64,000 nucleotides of DNA, from positions 1 through 64,000 of the IMG/VR virus record IMGVR_UViG_3300008267_000007; one strand, written 5' to 3'. The notes under the pieces were generated by a model. It ran no database searches and had not been told where the DNA came from. It saw nothing but the letters and a program-made list of their open reading frames with translations. Below, piece by piece: positions 29,675 to 38,863 of this stretch (position 1 is its first letter; every line of letters starts with the position of its first letter). Made by a program: the position numbers and the translations under genes. The stretch comes from a virus.

Positions 29675-30853
29675 ATGTATAAAACATCTGACATATCAAT
29701 TGTAATACCTAGTTACAATAACCTAGAATACCTAAAATCAGTTTACAAATCAGTTAGAGAAATATCTAAAGATATTGAATTAATTCTATATGATGATAAT
29801 AGTGATGATGGTACTAGAGAATGGCTTTTAGGATTAGAAAAAGAAGAAAATGACATAATTGAAACTTTTGATAAAAAGGTTGGTCATCCCGTTCTATATG
29901 ATGTAGGGTTTAATTTAACTGAGAGAAAAATTATAGGTATACTTCATGCTGACATGATTGTCCATAAAGATTTCTTTACAAACATACTGAAACACATTAA
30001 TCGCAATACTGTAGTATGTGGGACTTGTGCCGAACCCCCAATCCACCCACCAGGAAATGAGAAGTATATCTTGGATGCTGGTTTTTATCCTAATGAGTTT
30101 AATCAATCTACTTTTAATAATTTTTATGAAACTTTAAATAAGGGGGAAACTAATAATGGTATATTTGCTCCTTGGTTTTTATTGAAAGAAGATTATATTA
30201 GAATTATAGGGAAGCATGATACTTCATTTTTTTATTGTGAAGATGTTGATATGTTTAATAGAATGGTAATAGTAGGGTTTAATATAATACAAAGTAGAGA
30301 TGCATTAGTGTATCATTTTACACAGCGTGGTCATAAGTTCGAAAAGGGTGTTATAGGAAAAGTACAACATGATTACCAAGATAGAGTCAATAAAGACACC
30401 AGAAATTATATAAGAAAGTGGGGTAGCATGTATAAATTCGATGTAAACCATCGTCCAATACCTTCACCTAAATATAATATAGCATTTGTAATTAAAAATT
30501 GTAATTACAACATATTAGAGACATTAGAACCATGGTGTGACAGAATCTATATAGAAGATGAAATGCAAGTATTAACTTCCCATTACATTGAAAAAGAGCA
30601 ACCTAACACCAGCTTTGACTTAACAAAACGTGTAATGACAATTGAATACAACGACCCAATAGGGGAGAATGATATAGTTGTAGAATTTAACTACTTACAA
30701 CTCACTCCTGAGTCATGGGGCATGCTTCAACAATTACCTAATATAATAAAAGATAATGGAGAGGTAGGAGAATTTGAATTAGACATATTCAAAATAACTA
30801 TTAACTCAATGGTTGAAAGTCAAAATGATTTAATAACTTTACCAACTAATTAA
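29675..30853 (+). CDS. glycosyltransferase family 2
   Basis: ISIVIPSYN, DDNSDDGT, HAD, EDVD, VYH. Confidence 0.85.
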   Translation: MYKTSDISIVIPSYNNLEYLKSVYKSVREISKDIELILYDDNSDDGTREWLLGLEKEENDIIETFDKKVGHPVLYDVGFNLTERKIIGILHADMIVHKDFFTNILKHINRNTVVCGTCAEPPIHPPGNEKYILDAGFYPNEFNQSTFNNFYETLNKGETNNGIFAPWFLLKEDYIRIIGKHDTSFFYCEDVDMFNRMVIVGFNIIQSRDALVYHFTQRGHKFEKGVIGKVQHDYQDRVNKDTRNYIRKWGSMYKFDVNHRPIPSPKYNIAFVIKNCNYNILETLEPWCDRIYIEDEMQVLTSHYIEKEQPNTSFDLTKRVMTIEYNDPIGENDIVVEFNYLQLTPESWGMLQQLPNIIKDNGEVGEFELDIFKITINSMVESQNDLITLPTN

Positions 30854-30875
30854 TATTTATATCAAAACAAAAATT

Positions 30876-31295
30876 ATGGGATTCAAATTACGTGATTTCT
30901 TCTTAAATGAAGAATTTCTTAACGAAGAAGGTGAATTAAATTATAATGCCACTTACGGAGGTGAAAACTTTAAAGTTGTGGTTGATGTAAATAAAAATCC
31001 AACTAAAAAAGGTATTAAAGTTAAATTCTTTCCTATTAATGAAGCAGGACAAGTGTTAACCAATTTATCACCTGAAGAAGTAGATACACTACAAAATAGC
31101 ATTGCAACTACCGTGTCTAAGAAATTTGCTGAATTTGGTCTAGAATTTGACCGTGATACTGATGCACCAGATAAAGGAGCAGCTAACTTTCAAATACCAC
31201 TAGACTCAGTATTTACATTTATTAGAGATAAAATATTAGGTGGAGGTGAAGAAAAATCAACAACAGGTTCTGAAGATGAAGAAGCAGTCGCCTAA
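30876..31295 (+). CDS. hypothetical protein, possible virion protein
   Basis: N-terminal FKLRDFFLNEEFLNEE; ATATTTATA upstream. Confidence 0.65.
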   Translation: MGFKLRDFFLNEEFLNEEGELNYNATYGGENFKVVVDVNKNPTKKGIKVKFFPINEAGQVLTNLSPEEVDTLQNSIATTVSKKFAEFGLEFDRDTDAPDKGAANFQIPLDSVFTFIRDKILGGGEEKSTTGSEDEEAVA

Positions 31296-31602
31296 CATAG
31301 TATTTTTAGAGTATAGTTTAAGGGGTATTATGGACACCATTTTTACCCCTAAAATACAACATCTACTGTTTGAAACAGTTGTGGAAGGGATAAAATTAGC
31401 CCTTAGGAGTAATAAAAAGGAATTTACTATTTGTAGTATAAATCACCTTGAAGTGAATATAACTATACCAAAGGCTGGTTTTGTCTCTGCTTTAAAATCA
31501 GCATTAGACCATTTTATTAAAACTGAAGATTATCTAAAGTGTTCTCAAATTAATGAATTAATCCAAGAAGCAAATGGACAAAGAACTACAAAACAATCTT
31601 GA
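31276..31602 (+). CDS. hypothetical protein with C-terminal EDYxxC motif
   Basis: Paralogous C-terminus with 34394..34708. Confidence 0.6.
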   Translation: MKKQSPNIVFLEYSLRGIMDTIFTPKIQHLLFETVVEGIKLALRSNKKEFTICSINHLEVNITIPKAGFVSALKSALDHFIKTEDYLKCSQINELIQEANGQRTTKQS

Positions 31603-32002
31603 AGAAGGCTTTGAAAAGTTATTTAATACTCCTGTTATATTAAAAAAACAAAGACAGAATAAAGCATTAAAGAAGAAAGCCTTATTTATATCTCTAATAG
31701 AGCAGTATGAAACTTCAATAATCAAATCTGCTAGATTACAAGCCGAATTTGGTATTGATTTATTTGAATACGAAGAAGCATTTTATAGCATTATAGACAA
31801 ATTGATGGTATTAATGTGGGGTGAAAGTGGATATGATTTAATTGCTTTCTATTTACATGAAAGAATAGCATTAGATGGTTCAATTAATCATTTATTTCAA
31901 ATGAACGAGGATGGAACTGAATCTGAAGTTGAATTAAACACACCAGAAGATCTTTATAGCTACTTAATAAAAATAAATCCAAATTTTTTAAACGAAAAAT
32001 AA
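31574..32002 (+). CDS. hypothetical protein
   Basis: ORF track. Confidence 0.7.
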   Translation: MDKELQNNLEEGFEKLFNTPVILKKQRQNKALKKKALFISLIEQYETSIIKSARLQAEFGIDLFEYEEAFYSIIDKLMVLMWGESGYDLIAFYLHERIALDGSINHLFQMNEDGTESEVELNTPEDLYSYLIKINPNFLNEK

Positions 32003-32003
32003 G

Positions 32004-32116
32004 TTTGGCAATCTAACTTACCTTTCGTATATTTATTTATATAATTTAAAAATATAAAACATGAATAATAACTTTAATTTAAAACAATTCCTTGCTGAAG
32101 GGAAATTATTAAAAGA
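32004..32116 (+). repeat. cassette 5' repeat, copy 1 (promoter + leader + first ~18 codons)
   Basis: Aligns without gaps to 33121..33233. Confidence 0.9.
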
Positions 32117-32402
32117 AGAACAAGAAGGAAATATTACTGAATCTGAAAAAAAATTATACGGTATTGAAAAAAATTATTCACCATATGAATTTGGACCATT
32201 TACATATGAAGAAGCTAAAGCTAAAGCTCAACAGTATATGAGTGAAGATCCTTATAGTATGTTTCAACCTAGACTATATAACGATATGCGTGATGAATTG
32301 CCTGCTAATGAGAGAATGGGTATGCCTATTATAGATAAAGATGGCAATCTTTATGATACTGATAGTACACCTTTTAGTCAAGGTGATTTAGCAGATTACT
32401 AA
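32061..32402 (+). CDS. hypothetical protein with FNLKQFLAEGKLLKE leader
   Basis: Leader shared with 33178..33546; remainder unrelated. Confidence 0.8.
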   Translation: MNNNFNLKQFLAEGKLLKEEQEGNITESEKKLYGIEKNYSPYEFGPFTYEEAKAKAQQYMSEDPYSMFQPRLYNDMRDELPANERMGMPIIDKDGNLYDTDSTPFSQGDLADY

Positions 32403-32417
32403 ATTAAATCTCTTTAC

Positions 32418-32475
32418 ATACAAACTAATTTGGCTCCCGTAGGGAGCCTTATTACATTTCAATAAAAAATTATGG
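32418..32475 (+). repeat. cassette 3' repeat, copy 1 (58 bp, hairpin GGCTCCC-GTA-GGGAGCC)
   Basis: Identical to 33555..33612. Confidence 0.92.
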
Positions 32476-33119
32476 CTAGAGCCGCGAAGATATATAGCAA
32501 AGAAGATTTACTTCGTGCTATGAAAGTTACAAAATCAATTAGAGCAGCAGCACGATATCTTAATTGTTCATACCAACATATTAAACCTTACTTTAAATCA
32601 TATCGAATAGATGATAGTGATATAAATTCACCTACACTATTCGATCTACATAAAAACCAATTAGGAAAAGGCATCCCTAAATTTCTAAAACATCATGGTA
32701 AGGAACCTGATTTAAAGAAAATATTAAATGGTGAGTTATACACTGAATCATTCAGTATAGATAAATTCAAACGTCGTTTAATTCAAGAAGCTATATTAGC
32801 TGAGGAATGTACATGCTGTGGATTCAAAGAGCAACGAGTATCAGATTATCGAGTACCATTACTAATTAATTTTAAGGATTATAATAAACGTAATTGGAAA
32901 CAAGACAATTTAGAATTCCTTTGCTATAACTGCTACTTTTTGACTATAGGAGATGTATTTACTAAAAAACAAGAACAAGGTATAGAAGACTATATGGACG
33001 TTCCTAAAACACAACAAATAACATGGGAATTAGATAGTTATGCTGAAGAACACTTCAGGTCATTGGGTTTGATGGACGATGACGATAAAGAGGATGATTT
33101 TGTCTCTTATAATAAATAA
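32472..33119 (+). CDS. HTH + degenerate HNH/Zn-binding protein
   Basis: SIRAAARYLNCSY HTH; CTCCG...DNLEFLCYNC. Confidence 0.65.
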   Translation: MARAAKIYSKEDLLRAMKVTKSIRAAARYLNCSYQHIKPYFKSYRIDDSDINSPTLFDLHKNQLGKGIPKFLKHHGKEPDLKKILNGELYTESFSIDKFKRRLIQEAILAEECTCCGFKEQRVSDYRVPLLINFKDYNKRNWKQDNLEFLCYNCYFLTIGDVFTKKQEQGIEDYMDVPKTQQITWELDSYAEEHFRSLGLMDDDDKEDDFVSYNK

Positions 33120-33120
33120 A

Positions 33121-33233
33121 TTTGACAATCTAACTTTTATTTCGTATATTTATTTATATAATTTAAAAACATAAAAAATGGAAAATACATTTAATTTAAA
33201 ACAATTTCTTGCTGAAGGTAAATTATTGAAAGA
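33121..33233 (+). repeat. cassette 5' repeat, copy 2
   Basis: Aligns to 32004..32116. Confidence 0.9.
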
Positions 33234-33546
33234 GAATACTTTAAAGAACGATATTGAAGACTTTAAAAATTCTATTGAAATTGATAATTATCAAAGATCT
33301 GATGATGATGATTATGAAGAGGCTGAGGCTGATTTAGAATTCTTTTTAGATATGTACCCTGAATATAAAGGTAGAGAAGAAGAAATTCAACAGATCTTAA
33401 ATTCTCCTTCAACTCTCTCTCCTAATGTTGCTCTCTCTAATAAAGAAGATATTAAAAATCAAATAAAAGACTTAACAACTAAGTATATGGCTGGGGATTC
33501 ATCAGTATTACCTCAATTAAAAGCTTTACAATCTAAATTAAGATAA
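33178..33546 (+). CDS. hypothetical protein with FNLKQFLAEGKLLKE leader
   Basis: Leader shared with 32061..32402. Confidence 0.8.
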   Translation: MENTFNLKQFLAEGKLLKENTLKNDIEDFKNSIEIDNYQRSDDDDYEEAEADLEFFLDMYPEYKGREEEIQQILNSPSTLSPNVALSNKEDIKNQIKDLTTKYMAGDSSVLPQLKALQSKLR

Positions 33547-33554
33547 AAGTTTAT

Positions 33555-33612
33555 ATACAAACTAATTTGGCTCCCGTAGGGAGCCTTATTACATTTCAAT
33601 AAAAAATTATGG
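33555..33612 (+). repeat. cassette 3' repeat, copy 2
   Basis: Identical to 32418..32475. Confidence 0.92.
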
Positions 33613-33992
33613 AATATAGTACTTTTATAAAGTTAATAATAACTAACAAAAAAATTGGAGAAAACATGCATAATTTATATCAAGTTGGAGTAGATATGTT
33701 TGAATCCAAATATGCTGTAGCGGAACATATATCTTCAATGTTTAATGCTTCTCTTGAGTCACACTATAACCAAGAGGGAATTGATTGGGTATCATGGTTC
33801 ATGTATGAAAATGAATATGGTCAAGCCGATTGGAGTAAATGCCCCAGTTATAAAACTGATGATAATGGAAACATGGTTCTAGACAAAGAAGCAGGCGAAA
33901 TTAGATATGGAGCATACGATAAAGAAGGTAACCCAATTGCCTTTAGTTATGAGTCACTATATGAACTTTTAGAAAAAGATTATAAATTGTAG
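33609..33992 (+). CDS. hypothetical protein
   Basis: ORF track. Confidence 0.7.
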   Translation: MEYSTFIKLIITNKKIGENMHNLYQVGVDMFESKYAVAEHISSMFNASLESHYNQEGIDWVSWFMYENEYGQADWSKCPSYKTDDNGNMVLDKEAGEIRYGAYDKEGNPIAFSYESLYELLEKDYKL

Positions 33993-34037
33993 GATAATAA
34001 ATTTATCTTTCGTATATTTAGGTATAAATAAGAAATT

Positions 34038-34394
34038 ATGGCAAAAGGTAGACCTATTGAAAACGACGATGTTATAAAGATCTATACTCAAGAGTTTAGA
34101 GACCATACAGGTGAAACTTTTACTTGGGAATGGGATAAAACCCAATTCAAAAACGGACCATTAAGTGTTGAAGTTAAAGACCCAACTTGGACCACATTTG
34201 ACAAGAAGGAAAAACAATTAGCAGCTTTATTATCCAAATATGAATCAAATGGTAAAGAACGTAAACAACGTATTACTAAAGCTGATAAATTGGAAATTGA
34301 AACCCTAGAAAGTGAAATAAATGAAATGTGGTATAATAATTTTCCAGAGGATAGACCAAAAGTTAGAAAACAACGAACTTCTAAAACTAAATAA
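34038..34394 (+). CDS. hypothetical protein
   Basis: Promoter motif at 34009. Confidence 0.7.
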   Translation: MAKGRPIENDDVIKIYTQEFRDHTGETFTWEWDKTQFKNGPLSVEVKDPTWTTFDKKEKQLAALLSKYESNGKERKQRITKADKLEIETLESEINEMWYNNFPEDRPKVRKQRTSKTK

Positions 34395-34708
34395 TGAAAG
34401 CTAAAAAACTTAAAATGCGAGATATGGATTCGGTATTAGAATATACTGAAAATAATCCTAAAATTCTCCATGATCAAACTTATAATATGTTAAGTAAAGC
34501 TTGGAATAAAAGGAATAAAATATCAATGATTACTTTATTTGCTATAGAGTTAACTCACGATGAAGATTTAGATCAAGCTATCCTAACCATTGATGAACAT
34601 GAATGGGAAAAAGCTTTAGAGTTAGGATTAAAGTATTATGAAAGCATAGAAGATTATGAACAATGTTCAAAAGTAAATAATTTATTAATATCAATTAAAA
34701 ACAATTAA
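34394..34708 (+). CDS. hypothetical protein with C-terminal EDYEQC motif
   Basis: Paralogous to 31276..31602. Confidence 0.65.
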   Translation: MKAKKLKMRDMDSVLEYTENNPKILHDQTYNMLSKAWNKRNKISMITLFAIELTHDEDLDQAILTIDEHEWEKALELGLKYYESIEDYEQCSKVNNLLISIKNN

Positions 34709-34712
34709 GATT

Positions 34713-34919
34713 ATGGCCTATTTTTTAACAAGTGTAGAAATCGTTGATATGAGCGATAAAGGTAAACAAACAAAAATGAGAGAACAATATTTAGTAGACG
34801 CAGTAAGTGTTACGGATGCAGAAGTAAAAGTTACAAAAATGTTTGAAGATGAAGGAATGTCAACAGACTTCCAAGTAAAAAGTGTTAAGGAAACAAAAAT
34901 ACTTCAAGTAATAGAATAA
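34713..34919 (+). CDS. DUF4494-like protein (Bacteroidota-type)
   Basis: EQYLVDAVSVTDAE motif. Confidence 0.7.
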   Translation: MAYFLTSVEIVDMSDKGKQTKMREQYLVDAVSVTDAEVKVTKMFEDEGMSTDFQVKSVKETKILQVIE

Positions 34920-34978
34920 TTCTACCCTGCCCTCCATACTTACATCCGTATATACTAACCTATGTATAATTACATTCT

Positions 34979-35248
34979 ATGAAACAGCTATTCCAATACC
35001 ATGATACACTATATTTAGTAGTTAGGGCAATGCCTATACATCAATTTCACGATAAAACCGGCGTATTCAATAATGAAAAATTAAAAGCATGGAAGGAGTG
35101 GTTAGGATGTGATCATGTATTAAAACACAATGAGATGTACTTGTTTGTAGAGACAATACCGGAATATGAGTTTGAAGAATTACCCCAATGGGATGAAGAA
35201 CACGCATTAGATTTGGTTTTAAATAATATATTAGAAGAAAATGAATAA
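34979..35248 (+). CDS. hypothetical protein
   Basis: ORF track. Confidence 0.65.
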   Translation: MKQLFQYHDTLYLVVRAMPIHQFHDKTGVFNNEKLKAWKEWLGCDHVLKHNEMYLFVETIPEYEFEELPQWDEEHALDLVLNNILEENE

Positions 35249-35289
35249 TAGTTTTGGTGTGTTCCTTGGATTTACATATATTTATTATC

Positions 35290-35856
35290 ATGGAACCGAC
35301 AATAATATATTATTTACACAATGGGAATGAAGTTCCATTTTACGTAGGAAAAACCAATAAGTTAAGTTTTAGAATTGGTCATCATAGAAAAACCTATGGT
35401 AATAACATTCAAATGGAAGTATTAGATATTGTAGATACAGATAATTGGGTATTTTGGGAACGTTATTGGATATCTCAATTTAAAACATGGGGTTTTAATC
35501 TAACTAATGCTAATGATGGGGGTGGTGGGTTAACTAAATGTGATTTCGGACCTGAACGTGGGAAGAAAATTTCCCAATCAAGTAAGGGTCAATCTCGAAG
35601 TAATAAAGGTAAACCCTTCACCGAAGAGCATAAAGCTAAAATTAAAGCCAAACGGGGCCATCTTAAAGAAAGAAAAAATACTTGGACTTTAATTCAAGTA
35701 ATTCAATTAGATTTAGAAGGTAATTTTATTAAAGAATGGGAATCACAAACACAAGCCCAACTTTATTTTAATAAACCTAATAGTGATGGAGTAGGGGCAT
35801 GCTGTAGGGGAGAACAAAAAACCGCTTACGGTTACAAATGGAAATTTAAAAATTAA
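35290..35856 (+). CDS. free-standing GIY-YIG homing endonuclease with NUMOD3/NUMOD1-like repeats
   Basis: IYYL...FYVGKT...R, E.YWI, LTN..DGG, FTEEHKAKI, QLDLEGNFIKEWES, CCRG..KTAYGYKW. Confidence 0.85.
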   Translation: MEPTIIYYLHNGNEVPFYVGKTNKLSFRIGHHRKTYGNNIQMEVLDIVDTDNWVFWERYWISQFKTWGFNLTNANDGGGGLTKCDFGPERGKKISQSSKGQSRSNKGKPFTEEHKAKIKAKRGHLKERKNTWTLIQVIQLDLEGNFIKEWESQTQAQLYFNKPNSDGVGACCRGEQKTAYGYKWKFKN

Positions 35857-35862
35857 ATAAAT

Positions 35863-36114
35863 ATGAAAACAGTATTGAAATACGGAGGTACCTGGTGCGG
35901 ACCTTGCAAAGTTTATGCTCCTAAATTTGAACAAATTAAAAATGAAATGAACGGTATAAAATTTGAATCCATAGATGTTGATTCAGGTGATCCAAGAATA
36001 TTGGAGCATGGGATTAGAAACGTTCCAACTACAGTAGTAATTGATGAGAAAGGAAACGTTCGTAAGCAAACTGGGGTGATGAATGTAGATCAATTGAGAG
36101 CATTTATTGGATAA
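35863..36114 (+). CDS. thioredoxin
   Basis: WCGPC, VPT. Confidence 0.92.
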   Translation: MKTVLKYGGTWCGPCKVYAPKFEQIKNEMNGIKFESIDVDSGDPRILEHGIRNVPTTVVIDEKGNVRKQTGVMNVDQLRAFIG

Positions 36115-36137
36115 AATAAAATTTATATATACAAATT

Positions 36138-36173
36138 AGGCTCCCTTTGGGAGCCTTCGTATATTTAAGTATA
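36138..36173 (+). promoter_or_regulatory. hairpin fused to promoter motif (start of promoter array)
   Basis: AGGCTCCC-TTT-GGGAGCCT runs directly into TTCGTATATTTAAGTATA. Confidence 0.75.
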
Positions 36174-36193
36174 GAAATGGAAAAATAAAAGTT

Positions 36194-36667
36194 ATGGTAG
36201 ATTTAAGAAATTGCAAGCCTGGTGACAAATTAATATCAAAACATGGTTTAGTATTAGAGTACGTACGTCCGTTACCTGAGGATGGTTATATGGATCATGA
36301 GGTAAGGTATCCTGACGAAGCTCCTTACAAAGGTAGTATAGGAACTAGAACTCACGAGGGATACGTGATGAGAAGGAAGAGACTTGAAGAGGATCATGAT
36401 ATTGTAAGAATAGTTAGTAGTGAAGTTATGAAAGTAGAAACACTTGAAGAAGCTGCTGAAAGTTATATACCACAGTCAAGTAGATGGACTTTGAAAGAAA
36501 TTTTTATTGATGGTGCTAAATGGCAACAAGAAAGAAGTTATAGTGAGGAAGATATGGAAAAAGCTATTAAATTTGGAGCTGATGGAATGTATGGTTGGCA
36601 AATGGGAGAAGAAGGATACTATGTTAATCAAGTAAAAAGATTTTTAGAAACATTTAAAAAGAAATAG
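36194..36667 (+). CDS. hypothetical two-module protein (C-terminal GAKWQQERSYSEE family)
   Basis: 41-bp identity with 582..622. Confidence 0.72.
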   Translation: MVDLRNCKPGDKLISKHGLVLEYVRPLPEDGYMDHEVRYPDEAPYKGSIGTRTHEGYVMRRKRLEEDHDIVRIVSSEVMKVETLEEAAESYIPQSSRWTLKEIFIDGAKWQQERSYSEEDMEKAIKFGADGMYGWQMGEEGYYVNQVKRFLETFKKK

Positions 36668-36671
36668 TACT

Positions 36672-36863
36672 ATGGACTTTAGAACAGAACTATCAAAATG
36701 GGGTTACAATAAAGGTGACTCAATTGATGTTGATATATTGGTTAATGAAATACTACCAAGTTTATTTTCTCAACAAGAGAAAATATGTGATTCAGAAGTG
36801 ATCCAAAGAATTAGAGCAAGTAAGTCTGACGCAGAAGCCAGAAGAATTATTAGAACAATTTAA
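36672..36863 (+). CDS. hypothetical protein
   Basis: ORF track. Confidence 0.6.
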   Translation: MDFRTELSKWGYNKGDSIDVDILVNEILPSLFSQQEKICDSEVIQRIRASKSDAEARRIIRTI

Positions 36864-36876
36864 AAAGAAATAAGTT

Positions 36877-37068
36877 ATGACAGTAGGAGAAATAATGCAA
36901 GCCTTAATTATGGCTGAGGATTACAACAAAGTAAGAGTAAATGTATCTGATGAATTTATTAATATGGCTAAGGCTATGTTAGGGGATTTTGTATACATTA
37001 AGGAAAAAGAAGAAAAGTACCAGAAGGTGGTACAAGTTCTTGCAGACGCCGGAATTAAATTAAAATAA
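36877..37068 (+). CDS. hypothetical protein
   Basis: Paralog of 985..1236. Confidence 0.65.
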   Translation: MTVGEIMQALIMAEDYNKVRVNVSDEFINMAKAMLGDFVYIKEKEEKYQKVVQVLADAGIKLK

Positions 37069-37071
37069 AGC

Positions 37072-37368
37072 ATGGGAAAAGAAACATTATCAGATTTCAT
37101 TAGAAGGATCTATTTAGAGAGGGCATCAGAGATGCCAGCACTTAGTGCTATGGACTTTGAAGATGCAATCTATTTAGGAGTACAATGGCAGAAGGATCAA
37201 ACCGAGATGGAGGCTAAGGAACTAATTAAACAGTACACAGCTAATCTCAATAGAGTAGAAGTTATAGATTATAGTAAAGGGGGAAGAGCATACACCAACT
37301 ATAGTGTGAGGGGTGTTCAAATATCATTTCAGGATAAAGGAGAGACATTAAAAGTGTTTGTAAAATAA
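37072..37368 (+). CDS. hypothetical protein
   Basis: ORF track. Confidence 0.65.
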   Translation: MGKETLSDFIRRIYLERASEMPALSAMDFEDAIYLGVQWQKDQTEMEAKELIKQYTANLNRVEVIDYSKGGRAYTNYSVRGVQISFQDKGETLKVFVK

Positions 37369-37377
37369 TTATAAATT

Positions 37378-37644
37378 ATGGAGAAAACCGGAAATACTGA
37401 ATCGTTAAAGTATGATTTTAATACTGCTTCAAATTTAGAGGTTTTTATGCCTAATTTAGATGGTTGGTATAGAGTTACTTCAAGGGAATTTAGATCATTT
37501 AATGGTAAACGACGTATCAATAGTGAACCATATAGTGGTAAAACATACTATTATGCTACAAATAGAATTGCAGACTTGTCTATATCAGAACCCGATAAAA
37601 TAGTAGAACATAATTGGAAAAGTGTTAGGAGACCTGGTGATTAA
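37378..37644 (+). CDS. hypothetical protein
   Basis: ORF track. Confidence 0.65.
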   Translation: MEKTGNTESLKYDFNTASNLEVFMPNLDGWYRVTSREFRSFNGKRRINSEPYSGKTYYYATNRIADLSISEPDKIVEHNWKSVRRPGD

Positions 37645-37866
37645 TTCGTATATTTAAGTATTAATAATAAAAACGGAGGTTATGAAAATTATTTACATGG
37701 AATGTACTTTAGCTCTACTTGCAGGTATTAACCCAATTATGGTTGAAGAATTATCTAAACAGGGTAAATTGAAACAAAATGAAATTACAAGGTATTTAGT
37801 AATTGAAGATTAGGTTTATTAAAATAGATTTCGTATATTCAAGTATAATAAGTAAAAATAAAAGTT

Positions 37867-38481
37867 ATGGAAGTAAAAATTTACAGAGAACCAGAAAATG
37901 AGTCTCTAATTTTAGATGAAGTTCAATTAGCAGAGTACAATTCAATAGCTCTAGAGCTTGGTCTCGCTACACATGAAAATGTAGAAGCCGAAAATGTACC
38001 TAATGTTTATATCAGTCTTAATACCGCTATGGAGAAACAGCTTAAAGCTATTTGTCCTATGAAAGTAGATGCTGCTGAATATAAAAAGTCAACTATCCCA
38101 TTGGAGGTACTGAAAGTATATAAATTCTGTAAAGACAATAATATGTTTGATGGGTATCATATTTGGTATAATGATGTTGATCCTGATCCAATGTTAATAG
38201 GTTGGAATTGGAAATCAGAAAATGACAAGAAAAACAATTACACATGGTGTATAAACAGGTTCTTAATTGCTCGTTGGGGAGATTGTGCATTAGAACTTCC
38301 TGAATTACTTGAATTAGGTTTTCAAAAAATGAAACAAGAAGTATTAGACAAAGCACAGTCTGCAATAGATAAATGTAATGCAGTTTTATCTAATCCAGAC
38401 CTTCACATTAGAAAGATATTAAGTAATACAACTGATTCGGATATTACATTACAAATTAACTCATCAGGAACAATTTATTAA
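37867..38481 (+). CDS. hypothetical protein
   Basis: Promoter motif at 37830; DPMLIG...ARWG. Confidence 0.75.
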   Translation: MEVKIYREPENESLILDEVQLAEYNSIALELGLATHENVEAENVPNVYISLNTAMEKQLKAICPMKVDAAEYKKSTIPLEVLKVYKFCKDNNMFDGYHIWYNDVDPDPMLIGWNWKSENDKKNNYTWCINRFLIARWGDCALELPELLELGFQKMKQEVLDKAQSAIDKCNAVLSNPDLHIRKILSNTTDSDITLQINSSGTIY

Positions 38482-38482
38482 A

Positions 38483-38677
38483 ATGGAAAAATTAGGAGTA
38501 TTTTTAGGGGCAATTGGGGTATTAATATTAACAGCGGTATTATTAGCTTTGCCTGTACAATGGCTTTGGAATGAATGCTTAGTAGGGGCAGTAGAGGGAG
38601 TTCATGAAATTAGATTTTGGCAGGCCTTAGGAATTACATTTTTGTTCAACATGTTGTTTAAACCAAATAATAAATAA
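38483..38677 (+). CDS. small two-TM membrane protein
   Basis: WLWN...FWQALG hydrophobic pattern. Confidence 0.7.
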   Translation: MEKLGVFLGAIGVLILTAVLLALPVQWLWNECLVGAVEGVHEIRFWQALGITFLFNMLFKPNNK

Positions 38678-38680
38678 GAT

Positions 38681-38863
38681 ATGACAGGAAATTATTATCA
38701 AGTAGTATTAAAAACAGGTAAAACTCACCCTTCACTTTATGTTAACATTCAAACTGCTATTAAAAAGGTAGGAGCAGAAAATATAAAGCAGATTAAGGAA
38801 ATTAGAAGAGAATTAGTGGACACTAAATACACTGAGATTGTTGGTACAGTAAATATAGATTAA
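38681..38863 (+). CDS. hypothetical protein
   Basis: ORF track. Confidence 0.55.
   Translation: MTGNYYQVVLKTGKTHPSLYVNIQTAIKKVGAENIKQIKEIRRELVDTKYTEIVGTVNID

Noticed and set aside
32004-33612. Diversity-generating retroelement or IS element
   Set aside because: No reverse transcriptase or transposase, no adenine-specific mismatch pattern, and no terminal inverted repeats.
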